A stretch of DNA of 63,989 nt, the filler included, from Octopus bimaculoides (lineage: Eukaryota), in assembly GCF_001194135.2 (NCBI RefSeq). It is 5 parts of 4 records of this genome, joined end to end, with 100 filler letters (N's around TTAATTAATTAA, not from the genome) between each part and the next. Parts side by side here need not be neighbours in the genome. Positions count along the whole stretch, not along the records: positions 59,641 to 63,989 come from NC_068992.1; 4 more parts are not named here. One strand, given 5' to 3'. Both the position numbers and the translations under genes were made by a program. The notes under the pieces are model-generated. The model made no database searches. It saw only the letters and a program-made list of their open reading frames with translations, and had not been told where the DNA came from. Shown piece after piece: positions 63,500-63,989 of this stretch. The first letter of the stretch is position 1. Each line of letters opens with the position of its first letter.

Positions 63500-63535
<36 letters not shown>
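63285..63535. repeat. Compound (CAT)n/(AAT)n/(CAT)n/(ATT)n microsatellite
   Basis: Seen directly; source of the poly-I/M/D ORFs. Confidence 0.97.
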
Positions 63536-63536
<1 letters not shown>

Positions 63537-63760
63537 GGCAGCGAGTTGGAAGAAAGGTTAGCACTCTCTGAGCGAAGAGCTTAAAGGTATTTCGTTTGTC
63601 CTTACGCTCGCTCTGAGTTCAAATACCGCCGAGTTTTACTTTGCCTTTCACTTTTTTCGGGATCGATAAAATAAGTACTAGTTAGGCACTGAGGTCGATG
63701 TAATCGATTTGTGCCCTACTATCAAATCTCAAGCATTGTACCCATAGTAGAAAGGAATAT
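63536..63760 (+). mobile_element. SINE family A copy
   Basis: aaggcagcgagttgg...ctgagttcaaataccgccgag...gtcgatgtaatcga. Confidence 0.85.
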
Positions 63761-63768
63761 TATTATCA

Positions 63769-63832
<64 letters not shown>

Positions 63833-63836
<4 letters not shown>

Positions 63837-63989
63837 TAGTTTTATTTTTATAACGTGCTTTCACTTCACTACCGAGCGCAGCTCTGTGCGCCTTGGGTAT
63901 GTGCTGTGGTTTGCTGTGATGCTCTTATGGTTACTGTATTGAAAGTGTTTTGCGTATGATGTGTGCAGTGCCTAGTAGTGCAATTTCCT
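63833..63989 (-). mobile_element. 3' end of an R4/Dong-clade element running into (AAT)n
   Basis: Minus strand EIALLGTAHIIRKTLSIQ* (stop 63931-63933), ~100-nt 3' UTR, then (AAT)n at ~63760-63833. Confidence 0.8.

Noticed and set aside
63243-63564. Poly-I/M/D/N ORFs, and the poly-S/L/F ORFs at 48609-48873
   Set aside because: Trinucleotide microsatellites.
3226-63760. tRNA genes at the tRNA-like heads
   Set aside because: The heads continue into SINE bodies and no complete cloverleaf was seen. No rRNA genes or CRISPR arrays were seen either.

Overview
AT-rich, repeat-dense animal DNA, very probably Octopus (inferred from the SINE and RTE repeat families; not checked against a database). It is not one contiguous sequence. 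Four identical 100-bp spacers (N44-TTAATTAATTAA-N44) join five segments: 1-14860, 14961-42245, 42346-48817, 48918-59540 and 59641-63989. Two partial host genes are on the minus strand, both reconstructed by hand from GT/AG boundaries and phase matching. The first is the last seven exons of an LPCAT1/2-type lysophospholipid acyltransferase with EF-hands (12257 to 2694); its catalytic 5' exons are absent. The second is three coding exons of a PAIP2-like gene (25404 to 15718); its PAM2 exon is absent and its middle exon appears duplicated. The rest is mostly decayed transposons: RTE, RTE-BovB, Tx1/L1, R4/Dong, Penelope-like, Ty3/gypsy-like, Helitron, Merlin, pogo, mariner, piggyBac- and hAT-like MITEs, tRNA-derived SINEs and microsatellites. 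I found no convincing novel multi-gene system. The best leads are the duplicated PAIP2 exon, a 255-bp Merlin-type MITE carrying telomeric TTAGGG repeats with a perfect 9-bp TSD, a CpG-decay contrast between intronic and intergenic repeat copies, and a foldback structure enclosing a copy of nearby DNA. Most repeat boundaries are approximate; exon, TSD and spacer coordinates were counted base by base.
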